Shown here: piece after piece, positions 36,759-46,263 of the stretch | How positions within the stretch are numbered: the stretch's first letter is position 1 | Layout of the letters: the number at the start of each line of letters is the position of its first letter | NCBI GenBank assembly: GCA_041664625.1 | Contig: JBAYKK010000004.1 | Location: forward strand, 2,343-66,342 | Direction: 5' to 3' | Length of the DNA: 64,000 nucleotides | Source of the DNA: Minisyncoccota bacterium | GTDB lineage: Bacteria; Patescibacteriota; Minisyncoccia; Phycocordibacterales; WO2-35-19 | Notes under the pieces: model-generated | Seen by the model: only the letters and a program-made list of their open reading frames with translations | What the model was told of the DNA's origin: nothing | Databases searched by the model: none | Made by a program: the position numbers and the translations under genes

Positions 36759-37154
36759 TTATTTGACTCCTTCTACTGATGGGTTGGCCTTGAAATTTTC
36801 CCCACCATTATTACTTCCATCACTTAAAAGACTGTTGGTAATAGTGGTTACGATAATCCAAGCGGCCAAAATAGCCACGAAACCTATAAAAACTTTTTGC
36901 ATCATCGCTTTGGCAGCTGATTTTTGATCCGAAATACCAGTCGTCATATAAGTGAAGCCAGCCCAAGCAAATACTCCGGCTGCCACCGGCACCGATATCA
37001 TTATAATCCAATTTATAATGTTGTTTACCAATTGCATCAGATCATTATACCCACAATTTGGACTACAATTTGGTACAAAAGCTCCTTGAGCAAAAACAAA
37101 GATAGGTAGAATGATTAATGAAAAAACTAAAATATTTTTAATTAAAAACTTCAT
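36759..37154 (-). CDS. VirB2/TrbC-like pilin
   Basis: VPNC..NCGY.DL, FAWAGFTYMT...AK...FIG..IL.AW.IV. Confidence 0.85.
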   Translation of the reverse strand: MKFLIKNILVFSLIILPIFVFAQGAFVPNCSPNCGYNDLMQLVNNIINWIIMISVPVAAGVFAWAGFTYMTTGISDQKSAAKAMMQKVFIGFVAILAAWIIVTTITNSLLSDGSNNGGENFKANPSVEGVK

Positions 37155-38438
37155 TTATTTATTTAACAGAGCAGAGATTTCTCGGCTCGTTTTAAATACC
37201 GCTTCACTGGTCCTAACCCTACCGCTTGTGATTGATTCTATCATGCTCTTAAATATAACATCGGTTTCGATTGGGGATGGGTCAAGCCAAGCTTTACTTT
37301 TGATCGCACTATCATAGAAAACACTTTGATATGCATCTACCGGTTTTTTGTTTAAAAGATCATGTCTGACCGGAGGCAAATTCAAGGTTTTGCTGAAAGC
37401 CGATACTCCCGCCGTCCCCGAAAGGACCGAGACTACAGCAAAGGCAGCCGACGGCACTTTGGAAGATTTGGTGATGGCCAAAGCATTGAAATTAGCAAAA
37501 GAAACATTGACTCCCCCTTCACGCGAAACCGGTACAGTAGTCACATCAAAATTTAAATTAGGATTTTTTAATTGTAGATTTGCTATTTCACTAGCAAAAC
37601 CAAAGTACAAAGCCAAATCTCCACTCAAAAAGTAATTGGTAGAATTTGATAAGGAACGATTCCAAGAATAAGAAGGTTTGGACGGGTTGCCAAATTCGGT
37701 ATAAAAATTGACAGCAGCTTCAGCTGGCACAGTGGGTTGACCGAATGTATCAGCAAAAACACTTTGTATTTTGGTACCGTTCCAAGTAGTGACCGGAGTA
37801 CCCGCCTGCATAGCCAAATTTATGATGATATCTTTGGCGTGAGAGATGTTGGCATACTCACCCAAAGCTACGGCACTTTTTGAAATATTCAAAGAACCAT
37901 CTTTTTTGGATATAACATTGGCTAGATTATAAAATTCATCCCAATATTTTGGTGGTTGCGTCATTTTGGCCTGAGTGAACAAAGCTCGGTTCCAATACAT
38001 GACTAGTGGATCAACAGACACAGGTAAAGCCATGATACCTTCTGGAGTCATATAAATTTCAGAGCCTTCTATAAAAGCATCTTTAAATTGTCTTTGAGTA
38101 AAAACATTGTAAGGAATGACAAATATTTTGTTGCGATGTTTCAAAATCTTTTGAGATGGTAGCATAAAAATATCTGGACCAACTCCCGAAGCTAAACTTT
38201 CAACAAAACTTGAGTCAAATTCGTCTGCAGTTTTTTGAACATACTGCACAGTAAACTCCTTGCTTTGATACAAAGAAGTTTCTTTGACTACGTTATTGAA
38301 ATCATTTGCAGACATGGTACCCCAGATCACCACCGTCGTTGCGTCTTGAGAATTGCCTCTGTAAGCGGAAAAAATAATAACTCCGCCGATCAAAAATAAC
38401 CCAAAAACACCCATCAAAATAATTTGAAATTTATTCAT
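37155..38438 (-). CDS. Extracellular solute-binding protein (membrane-anchored)
   Basis: N-terminal TM; LASG.GPDI, ALP..VD.L.MYWN..LF...PP..WDE. Confidence 0.85.
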   Translation of the reverse strand: MNKFQIILMGVFGLFLIGGVIIFSAYRGNSQDATTVVIWGTMSANDFNNVVKETSLYQSKEFTVQYVQKTADEFDSSFVESLASGVGPDIFMLPSQKILKHRNKIFVIPYNVFTQRQFKDAFIEGSEIYMTPEGIMALPVSVDPLVMYWNRALFTQAKMTQPPKYWDEFYNLANVISKKDGSLNISKSAVALGEYANISHAKDIIINLAMQAGTPVTTWNGTKIQSVFADTFGQPTVPAEAAVNFYTEFGNPSKPSYSWNRSLSNSTNYFLSGDLALYFGFASEIANLQLKNPNLNFDVTTVPVSREGGVNVSFANFNALAITKSSKVPSAAFAVVSVLSGTAGVSAFSKTLNLPPVRHDLLNKKPVDAYQSVFYDSAIKSKAWLDPSPIETDVIFKSMIESITSGRVRTSEAVFKTSREISALLNK

Positions 38439-38493
38439 AGATTTATTATACCCAAACCTTCAAACATCTGCATCTCCAAAAGTGGATGGCAAA

Positions 38494-41004
38494 TTAGAGG
38501 CAGATGAACGAGGCGATGGAGTCACCAGGGTGAAGCTTCATGATGCGGACTCCTTGAGTAGAACGGCCAAGAGAAGGGATTTCAGAAAGACCGAGACGGA
38601 TAACTTGGCTCTTTTTGGACATTGCCACAGCCTCTTCTTCTTCGCCGGTCACCACACTAGAAGCAATGATTTCGCCAGTTTTGGCGGTTACGTTGCTGGT
38701 CTTGATACCAGAACCACCGCGATTTTGAATCTTGTATTCTTTGATTGAGGTCTTTTTGCCGTAGCCATTGGCACCCATAGTAAGCAAGGCCGCATCCTTC
38801 TCGGTCTCTTTGGCAACAGGATGAGCTCCGACTACTCTGTCCCCTTTTTTGAGTTTGATAATCCTGACACCACCAGCGGTACGGCCCATTTCTCGGACGT
38901 CGTTTTCTTTGAATCTGATGGACTGACCTTGAGTAGTGACCACGATACAAGAATCGCCTTTGTTTACTCCAGAAACCGAAACTAATTTGTCACCCTCAGA
39001 AAGTTTGATCGCAATAATGCCACTAGATCTCACGTCTGTGAAGCTCGAAGCTGAAACTTTTTTGCCAGTACCATCTCCGGTCACCATCATGAGAGAAAAA
39101 TCTTTATTGTCTTTCAAATCTTTGGGCCCGCCTGCATCGCGTTGCGAAGCATTGCGGGCAGGCATAGGCAAAATAGAAGTGACGCGTTCACCTTCAGAAA
39201 GAGAAATGAAGTTCATAATAGACTTGCCACGAGTAGCTCGTTTACCTTCTGGCAATTCATACATTTTTATTTGATAAGCTTTGCCTCGATCAGTGAAGAA
39301 CAGCAAATCGGCATGAGTGCTGGCTGTCAAAAAATTGGTCACGAAATCTTCTTCTTTGGTATCCAAATCCACTACTCCCACTCCCCCTCTTTTTTGTTTT
39401 TTGTATTCATCAGGAGAGGTGCGTTTGACGTAACCACCTGAAGTCAAAATCAAAGTATTTTCTTCATCAGCGATCAAATCTTCCATCGACAAGACTTTGA
39501 CTCCACCTTTGACTACTTTGGTACGACGCTCATCACCATATTTTTCGGAAATATCAGAAAGATCTTTTTTGATAATCGAAAGGATTTTTTTAGGATTAGC
39601 TAAAATACTTAGCAATTCGGCTATCAGTTTTTGGATTTCGATTAATTCGTCTTCTATTTTCTTTCTTTCCAAACCGGCCAACTTTTGCAAACGCATTTCC
39701 AAAATAGCGTTGGCTTGCAATTCAGAAAATCTAAAAGTTTTCATGAGGCTGGCTCGAGCATCATCTACATCTTTGGATTTTTTGATGAGTTTAATAATCT
39801 CGTCGATATGATCAAGAGCTTTTTTGAGACCAATCAAGATATGTTCACGAGCCTCTGCTTCACGCAAATCAAATTCGGTCCTTCTCTTTATGACGATTTG
39901 TCGATGTTTTATAAACTCTTCCAAGATACCCTTCATGGAAATAGTCTGGGGTACGCCCCCAACCAAAGCCACGATGTTCAAGTGGAAAGTGTCTTCCAAT
40001 TGAGTATGTTTGTACAAAAAATTCAAAACTTTTTGCGGATAACTGCCATTTTTCAAATCAATCACTACACGTATATCTTTGGTTGATTCATCGCGCAAAC
40101 CTTTGATACCTTCAATTTTTTTCTCTCGTACCAAATTAGCGATGGCCTCAACCAAAGTTTGTTTGTTTACTCGATAAGGTATAGAAGTGATGATTATTTG
40201 CGAAATATTTTTGTCTTCTATTATTTCAGCAACTCCACGGCAAACGATCCCACCACGACCAGTCGTATAAGCATGCAAAATATCTTTGCTATTGAAAATC
40301 ACGCCCCCAAGAGGGAAATCTGGACCTTGCACAAACTGCATCAAATCTTCAGTAGTCGCGTCTTTGTTATCAATGAGGTAGGCGGTAGCGTCAATCACTT
40401 CACGGAGGTTGTGTGGAGGAATGTTGGTAGCCATACCGACAGCAATGCCCAAAGTCCCATTCAACAAAAGCTGTGGAGCGGCGGCCGGCAAAACTGCTGG
40501 TTCCTTTTTGGTAGCGTCATAGTTTGGAACCCAATCTACCGTTTCTTTGTTGATATCACGCAAAAGCTCACTCGTTACTTTACCCATCTTGGCTTCGGTA
40601 TAACGCATAGCGGCAGCTGGGTCGCCATCGACTGAACCAAAGTTTCCTTGGCCGATAATCAGAGGATATCTGATGCTGAATTCTTGGGCCATTTTGACCA
40701 TAGAATCATAAACCGCCACATCACCGTGTGGATGGTAATTTCCTAAAACCTCTCCCACCACAGTAGCTGATTTACGAGTTTTGGCAGCAGCCGAAAGACC
40801 CAAAGTGTGCATGGCATAAAGAATACGGCGATGCACTGGCTTCAAACCATCGCGAACGTCAGGCAAAGCACGATCAGTGATGACCGACATAGCATAATCA
40901 ATGAAAGATTTCTTCATTTCACTGACAATTGAACGAGAAATAACGCTCACATGAGCGCTATTTTCTTCACTATTTGCCTGATTTTTATCTTCCTTTTTAG
41001 CCAT
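38494..41004 (-). CDS. gyrA: DNA gyrase subunit A
   Basis: [35 protein letters not shown], GyrA box QKRGGVG. Confidence 0.98.
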   Translation of the reverse strand: MAKKEDKNQANSEENSAHVSVISRSIVSEMKKSFIDYAMSVITDRALPDVRDGLKPVHRRILYAMHTLGLSAAAKTRKSATVVGEVLGNYHPHGDVAVYDSMVKMAQEFSIRYPLIIGQGNFGSVDGDPAAAMRYTEAKMGKVTSELLRDINKETVDWVPNYDATKKEPAVLPAAAPQLLLNGTLGIAVGMATNIPPHNLREVIDATAYLIDNKDATTEDLMQFVQGPDFPLGGVIFNSKDILHAYTTGRGGIVCRGVAEIIEDKNISQIIITSIPYRVNKQTLVEAIANLVREKKIEGIKGLRDESTKDIRVVIDLKNGSYPQKVLNFLYKHTQLEDTFHLNIVALVGGVPQTISMKGILEEFIKHRQIVIKRRTEFDLREAEAREHILIGLKKALDHIDEIIKLIKKSKDVDDARASLMKTFRFSELQANAILEMRLQKLAGLERKKIEDELIEIQKLIAELLSILANPKKILSIIKKDLSDISEKYGDERRTKVVKGGVKVLSMEDLIADEENTLILTSGGYVKRTSPDEYKKQKRGGVGVVDLDTKEEDFVTNFLTASTHADLLFFTDRGKAYQIKMYELPEGKRATRGKSIMNFISLSEGERVTSILPMPARNASQRDAGGPKDLKDNKDFSLMMVTGDGTGKKVSASSFTDVRSSGIIAIKLSEGDKLVSVSGVNKGDSCIVVTTQGQSIRFKENDVREMGRTAGGVRIIKLKKGDRVVGAHPVAKETEKDAALLTMGANGYGKKTSIKEYKIQNRGGSGIKTSNVTAKTGEIIASSVVTGEEEEAVAMSKKSQVIRLGLSEIPSLGRSTQGVRIMKLHPGDSIASFICL
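39127..39163. repeat. Palindromic in-frame insertion in the gyrA CTD
   Basis: cccgcctgcatcgcgttgcgaagcattgcgggcaggc encodes [12 protein letters not shown]; GC-rich in an AT-rich gene. Confidence 0.65.
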
Positions 41005-41056
41005 TTATACCCCTATTATAGCAAAATTAAGCCTTATATACAAGCCAAAAAGTTTA

Positions 41057-41362
41057 TCATCTTTGATAGACCTCAATACTAGAAATGAAAGGCACAAAAA
41101 CTGTCGCCACCGAATCTGTAAGTTCTTGGTATTTTTTGCCAATTTCACCAAAAGCCGCTTCAAAAGTTTTTTTGGTATTTTGTATTGGCGAAGGGACCAA
41201 ATCTGCTGATACGACGCTAGCTACTTGTTTGGGTGGAGCTACATAAATTTCTCCAAAATTCAAAAAACCGCGATAAAAAGCAAAGCTTGTGAATATAAAA
41301 ATAGAACACCCGACCGAAAGACCCAGAGCCCATCCATTACGATGTTTTTCTGATTTTTCCAT
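41057..41362 (-). CDS. Hypothetical membrane protein
   Basis: Single TM; co-oriented in the uvr-gyrA run. Confidence 0.65.
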   Translation of the reverse strand: MEKSEKHRNGWALGLSVGCSIFIFTSFAFYRGFLNFGEIYVAPPKQVASVVSADLVPSPIQNTKKTFEAAFGEIGKKYQELTDSVATVFVPFISSIEVYQR

Positions 41363-41397
41363 TATTGAATTATATTTTTTTAATAACATGATTCAAA

Positions 41398-42021
41398 TTA
41401 TTGTTCTGAAATAACAATGATTTCTCCGGCTTTATTTTCTAAATCTTTTTTCTTGATTGTGAGTTTATCCACAGGCTTCAGACCTTCAGCTCCGCCTTCT
41501 TTCAAAAAAGCTTTCAAAGAAGCACTATCAAAATGCATAGGCACGATGACTGAAGGTTCAAGAGAAACGGCAAATTTATAAGCCTCTTGAGGACTTAAAA
41601 CTCCGTCGCCACCGATAGGGACAAAAAGTATATCTACTCCGTCAATGCCCTCTTTGGTTTCTTTGGGAATATCAGTATCGGCCAAAGCCCCCAAAAAACA
41701 AATATTCATATTTTCGAAATTGACTGTATATATAGTATTGATTTTTTCTTCATTATCATATTTGGAAATTGAAGAGAGGCCTTTTATAAAAACCCCTTGA
41801 ATTTCGTATTCGCCAGGAGACTTGATGATAAAAGCTTGTTTATCGCCCCGGTTGACCTGATCAACCCCATTCATATCAGGATGATTCAAAGAAATCAGCG
41901 CGATATCAGCGCCAAAATTGTTGGCCTTAAATTTGGACTTTTTGGATACTGGATCAAACGCCAAAACCGTATCCCCAAATTGGACTTTGAAAGACTGCGC
42001 TCCTTGATATGAAATAATCAT
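41398..42021 (-). CDS. MBL-fold metallo-hydrolase-like protein (degenerate His motif)
   Basis: I.Y.G..SF, DP, ADI.LIS..H.D, PGEYE, DIL.VPIGG, IVPMH. Confidence 0.8.
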   Translation of the reverse strand: MIISYQGAQSFKVQFGDTVLAFDPVSKKSKFKANNFGADIALISLNHPDMNGVDQVNRGDKQAFIIKSPGEYEIQGVFIKGLSSISKYDNEEKINTIYTVNFENMNICFLGALADTDIPKETKEGIDGVDILFVPIGGDGVLSPQEAYKFAVSLEPSVIVPMHFDSASLKAFLKEGGAEGLKPVDKLTIKKKDLENKAGEIIVISEQ

Positions 42022-43397
42022 GCAAGCATTTTAGCACGACGGAGCTGTTTGTGGAACCCCAATGCAAACCGGTGAGTTTCGGCATTGGCCAAAAGTATTT
42101 GCTTTTCTAAATTTTCAATTTTTAAATTTTTCAATCTTGTGATTCCCAAAATCTCCTTTGGCTTATGATGCTCATCTTTGACTACTGAAACCACTGGGAT
42201 TTTGGTGTTATTTGCATTCAATATTTTTTCTACTGCTCGTTTTTGGGCCAGCCCACCATCTACCACAATCAGATCTGCTTTGGGCCATTCGATATGAGCC
42301 AAACGTCGCAACAAAACTTCAGAAAGAGCTCTGGTGTCATCTACTATTTTATTATTTCCTGTGGTGAGTTTATCGAACCATTTAATTTTAAATTTTCTAT
42401 AATCGGATTTTTTGATCTCTCCGTTTTCTAGCACCGTCATCGCTCCTACCATATTAGTCCCCGAAAGATGGGCAATATCATAACTTTCTATCCTGAAATT
42501 AGTGTCAAAGGTCCCCTTTGACACTTGATCTTTGATTAAAGATACATCTTGGATGTGGCCGAGAGTGAAGATAGTTTTTTTAATTTTTTGAGCTTTTTCA
42601 AATTGACGAGCTTTGGCAAAATCTCGCATTTGTTTTTCTAATTTTTTAATTAAAACTTGTTTTTTGCTCTCAAAAAACAAAATTATATTTTTGATATTTT
42701 GAGCATATTCTTTTTGAGAAATTTCGCCCATACAAACTCCGGGGCAAAGACCAATCTGACGATTGAAACAAGGTCGGCCAACCATCGGAATACACTTATC
42801 CCTAAATGGGAACATTTTGCGCACGATTTTCAAAGCTTCTTTGAGTTGTGAGCCATTGGGGAAGGGGCCAAAAGTTTTAAATATCCTTATTTTTTCTTTT
42901 TTCCCAACAAATGAAATAGATTCTGAAGCCGTATTTTTCGAAGAAAAATCAGGAACGTCGGCGAAAGAATCTATTTCAGTTGTTGGGATCTGTTCCAATT
43001 CCCTGCCTCTCATAATCAAAACTCTTGGAAAATCTTCATCAGTAATAACCACATAATTAAAACTGCGATTATCTTTTTCTTTGATATTGGCCTCGGGTTG
43101 ATATTTTTTAATTAAATTGGCTTCCAAAACCAAAGCCTCCAAAACCGAATCAGTTTTTATAAATTGAATATCATCAAATTGCGAGAGCATTTTGGAGATC
43201 AGTGGACTGCGAGTGTTCACGATATCTTGATTGAAATAACTCCTGACTCGATCTTTGAGTGATGTGGCTTTACCTACATACAAAATCTTGCCCCCACGCC
43301 AGTCGCCTCCACTACGTTTCGGCGTACCAAGAAACAAATACACCCCCGGCGCATCTGGCAACTTTTTTATTATTTCTGATGCTTTCTGTTTTTCCAT
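42018..43397 (-). CDS. uvrC: Excinuclease ABC subunit C (short form)
   Basis: LPDAPGVY, LYVGKA.SLK.RV.SYF, RIESYDI.H..G, DLIVVDGG..Q, AETHRFA. Confidence 0.93.
   Translation of the reverse strand: MEKQKASEIIKKLPDAPGVYLFLGTPKRSGGDWRGGKILYVGKATSLKDRVRSYFNQDIVNTRSPLISKMLSQFDDIQFIKTDSVLEALVLEANLIKKYQPEANIKEKDNRSFNYVVITDEDFPRVLIMRGRELEQIPTTEIDSFADVPDFSSKNTASESISFVGKKEKIRIFKTFGPFPNGSQLKEALKIVRKMFPFRDKCIPMVGRPCFNRQIGLCPGVCMGEISQKEYAQNIKNIILFFESKKQVLIKKLEKQMRDFAKARQFEKAQKIKKTIFTLGHIQDVSLIKDQVSKGTFDTNFRIESYDIAHLSGTNMVGAMTVLENGEIKKSDYRKFKIKWFDKLTTGNNKIVDDTRALSEVLLRRLAHIEWPKADLIVVDGGLAQKRAVEKILNANNTKIPVVSVVKDEHHKPKEILGITRLKNLKIENLEKQILLANAETHRFALGFHKQLRRAKMLA
42902..42988. repeat. Long palindromic in-frame insertion in uvrC ([10 protein letters not shown] family)
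   Basis: Shares the core gattctgaagc.gtatttttcgaagaaaaat with 45206-45289. Confidence 0.8.
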
Positions 43398-43413
43398 TTT
43401 TACAAATATGTCG

Positions 43414-46161
43414 CTAAGCTCTGTGTTTTTTTAAGACTTTTTTCAAATACTGACCGGTGTAAGATTTGGTATTATTGGCCACTTCTTCTGGAGTACCTTT
43501 GGCTACCAATTGCCCACCCCCAACACCTCCATCTGGCCCGATATCAAGCACATAATCACAAGACTTCACGATATCCATATTGTGTTCGATCACCAAAACC
43601 GTATTGCCTTTATTGACCAATTTTTGCAAAATTTCTATCAATTTTTTGACATCTTCATAATGCAGACCGATGGTTGGCTCATCCAAGAGATATATGGTTT
43701 TTTGCAAGTGTGGTCGGTAAAGTTCACTTGAAATTTTGACTCTTTGAGCCTCCCCACCAGAAAGCGTAGTGGCCGATTGACCCAATTCCAAATAACCCAA
43801 ACCCACTTCGTCCAAAGTTTTTAACCTGTCATATATAGCCGGGATATCTTCAAAAAATTTCAAAGCTTCCTCTACTGTCATTTTCAAAATATCGTAAATA
43901 TTTTTCTTTTTATATTTCACATCCAGAGTTTCTTTCATAAATCTTTTGCCGTGACAAACATCGCAAGGCACATAAACCGTCGGCAAAAAATGCATCTCCA
44001 CCTCTATCATGCCGTTCCCTTGGCAGACTTCGCATCGCCCACCTTTGACATTGAAGGAAAACCGATTGGCTTGCCAACCCCGAGCTCGCGCTTCGGCAGT
44101 TTCAGCAAACAAATCTCGCACAAATGTCCACGCCCCGGTATAAGTAGCCGGATTGGACCTCGGCGTACGCCCGATGGCTGACTGATCAATCAAAATAGCT
44201 CGGCCCAAATATTCGGTCCCAGCAAATGAACCACAATTGAAAGTTTCGGCTGTGCGATATTTCTTTTCAAAACGCGCTTGTAAGTTTTTGTACAAAATTT
44301 CATAAACAAAAGAAGATTTACCAGAACCAGAAACTCCGGTCACAGCTACGAATTTACCCAAGGGCACATCGACATTTAAATTTTTGATGTTGAAAACTTT
44401 ACCGCCTCTGATTTGCAAAGCGCCTTTTTCTTTTTCTCTTCTCTTTTCGGGTAATTCAACAATTTTATCACCTCGTAAATAATCCAAAGTGACCGAGTCC
44501 GAATCGTTCTTTTTGGCAGTCAGGAGTTCATTCAAATCTCCAGCGACCACCACTTCCCCGCCGTGCACTCCCGCTCCCGGACCGATATCAACTATATAAT
44601 CAGAAGCATAAATAGTATCTTCATCATGTTCTACCACTATTATAGTGTTGCCTAAATCGCGCAGATCAAGCAAAGTTTGGATCAAGCGATCATTGTCTCG
44701 CGCGTGCAGTCCTATGGTTGGCTCATCGAGTACATACAAAGCTCCCACCAAACCCGAACCAAGTTGAGATGCTAGACGGATGCGTTGAGCCTCCCCGCCT
44801 GAAAGTGTATGAGCTCTGCGATTGAGCGAGAGGTATTCAATACCGACGTTGATCATGAAAATCAGTCTTGATTCGATTTCTCGCAAAACCACTTTAGAAA
44901 TATTTTTTTCGCGCTCAGTCAATTTGAGTTTTTCAAAAAAATCATAAGAATCTTTGATAGACATCTCTACCAACTCTACGATATTTTTGCCTCCTATTTT
45001 CACATGCAGTGCCTCAGGCCTTAGTCTCGCACCCAAACAGACCGGACAAACCTCATTGCCGAAGAAGTGCCGAGTACCCAAACCATTACATTCTGGGCAA
45101 GCACCATATGGGGAGTTGAATGAAAAAAGACGGGGTTCAACTTCAGGATATGAATAACCGTCTTTGGGGCAAGAAAGTTTGTTGGACATTATGAAATTAT
45201 CCCCCGATTCTGAAACCAAAGATTCTGAAGCTGTATTTTTCGAAGAAAAATTAGCGGAGCCAGCGGAAGAATTTTTGGTTTTAGAATTCAATCCTTTAAA
45301 CATAATTTTCACTTGACCTTCAGATTCCGTCAGAGCCTTTTCCAGATCTTCAAAAAGTCGCTCTTCGGCACTTTTGGGATCATTCACAAAATCCGCCATA
45401 CTTATACTATCTACTAAAACATCAATAGTATGTCTTTTGGTTTTTGAAAGTATTATCTGTTCACGCAAAGATTTACGTACTCCATCTACCAAAACGTGCG
45501 AATAACCCTTACCCAACAAATCATAAAGCAGTTGGTAGTACTCGCCCTTTCTGCCTTTGACTACCGGCGCAAAAATTTCAACAAAAACTTGCTGTTCCGC
45601 TGTCGAAGTCGCCAGCTCTACCGCATTTCCCAATTTACTTTTTTTCTTTTTATTTATATCAGACACTGTCTTGGACATATTCTTTTTGAATTCTGTTTTA
45701 TGTACTGCCACTTTTTCCAAAACAAAATTTTTGATTTCTTCGTTTGAAAGTTTTTTGATTTCATCGCCACAGACCAAACAATATGGGTGGCCAACGCGAG
45801 CATACAAAATACGCAAATAATCATAAATTTCTGTGATGGTCGCCACCGTTGAACGTGGATTGTTGGAACGAGATTTTTGGTCAATAGAAATAGCCGGACT
45901 TAATCCTACAATCTCATCAACATCCGGTTTCTGAAGCTGGCGCAAAAATTGCCGAGCATAAGACGAAAGTGATTCTATATATCTGCGCTGGCCTTCGGCA
46001 AAAATAGTATCAAAAGCTAGCGATGATTTGCCAGAACCTGAAAGACCAGTGAAAACTACCATCTTGTTGCGTGGCATTTCTACGGTGATATTTTTGAGAT
46101 TATGAGTCCTCGCCCCTTTGACGATGATCTTATCTCCTTGTTTTTGTTCTTTTTTAATCAT
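43414..46161 (-). CDS. uvrA: Excinuclease ABC subunit A
   Basis: [18 protein letters not shown], two LSGGEAQR signatures, zinc fingers. Confidence 0.98.
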   Translation of the reverse strand: MIKKEQKQGDKIIVKGARTHNLKNITVEMPRNKMVVFTGLSGSGKSSLAFDTIFAEGQRRYIESLSSYARQFLRQLQKPDVDEIVGLSPAISIDQKSRSNNPRSTVATITEIYDYLRILYARVGHPYCLVCGDEIKKLSNEEIKNFVLEKVAVHKTEFKKNMSKTVSDINKKKKSKLGNAVELATSTAEQQVFVEIFAPVVKGRKGEYYQLLYDLLGKGYSHVLVDGVRKSLREQIILSKTKRHTIDVLVDSISMADFVNDPKSAEERLFEDLEKALTESEGQVKIMFKGLNSKTKNSSAGSANFSSKNTASESLVSESGDNFIMSNKLSCPKDGYSYPEVEPRLFSFNSPYGACPECNGLGTRHFFGNEVCPVCLGARLRPEALHVKIGGKNIVELVEMSIKDSYDFFEKLKLTEREKNISKVVLREIESRLIFMINVGIEYLSLNRRAHTLSGGEAQRIRLASQLGSGLVGALYVLDEPTIGLHARDNDRLIQTLLDLRDLGNTIIVVEHDEDTIYASDYIVDIGPGAGVHGGEVVVAGDLNELLTAKKNDSDSVTLDYLRGDKIVELPEKRREKEKGALQIRGGKVFNIKNLNVDVPLGKFVAVTGVSGSGKSSFVYEILYKNLQARFEKKYRTAETFNCGSFAGTEYLGRAILIDQSAIGRTPRSNPATYTGAWTFVRDLFAETAEARARGWQANRFSFNVKGGRCEVCQGNGMIEVEMHFLPTVYVPCDVCHGKRFMKETLDVKYKKKNIYDILKMTVEEALKFFEDIPAIYDRLKTLDEVGLGYLELGQSATTLSGGEAQRVKISSELYRPHLQKTIYLLDEPTIGLHYEDVKKLIEILQKLVNKGNTVLVIEHNMDIVKSCDYVLDIGPDGGVGGGQLVAKGTPEEVANNTKSYTGQYLKKVLKKHRA
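45206..45289. repeat. Long palindromic in-frame insertion in uvrA ([10 protein letters not shown] family)
   Basis: Inverted arms around the core shared with the uvrC insertion. Confidence 0.8.
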
Positions 46162-46263
46162 TTTAATGAATGTAAATACAGAAACTCACCCAAGGTTTGC
46201 CCATAGGGTGTATATATAATCTGCATTAGCAATAATAACACAAGAGCTTATAAAAGTATACAA

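Noticed and set aside
45585-45705. Lys-rich extra segment in UvrA as a further palindromic element
   Set aside because: It looks like an insertion, but I could not find a convincing hairpin or a second copy
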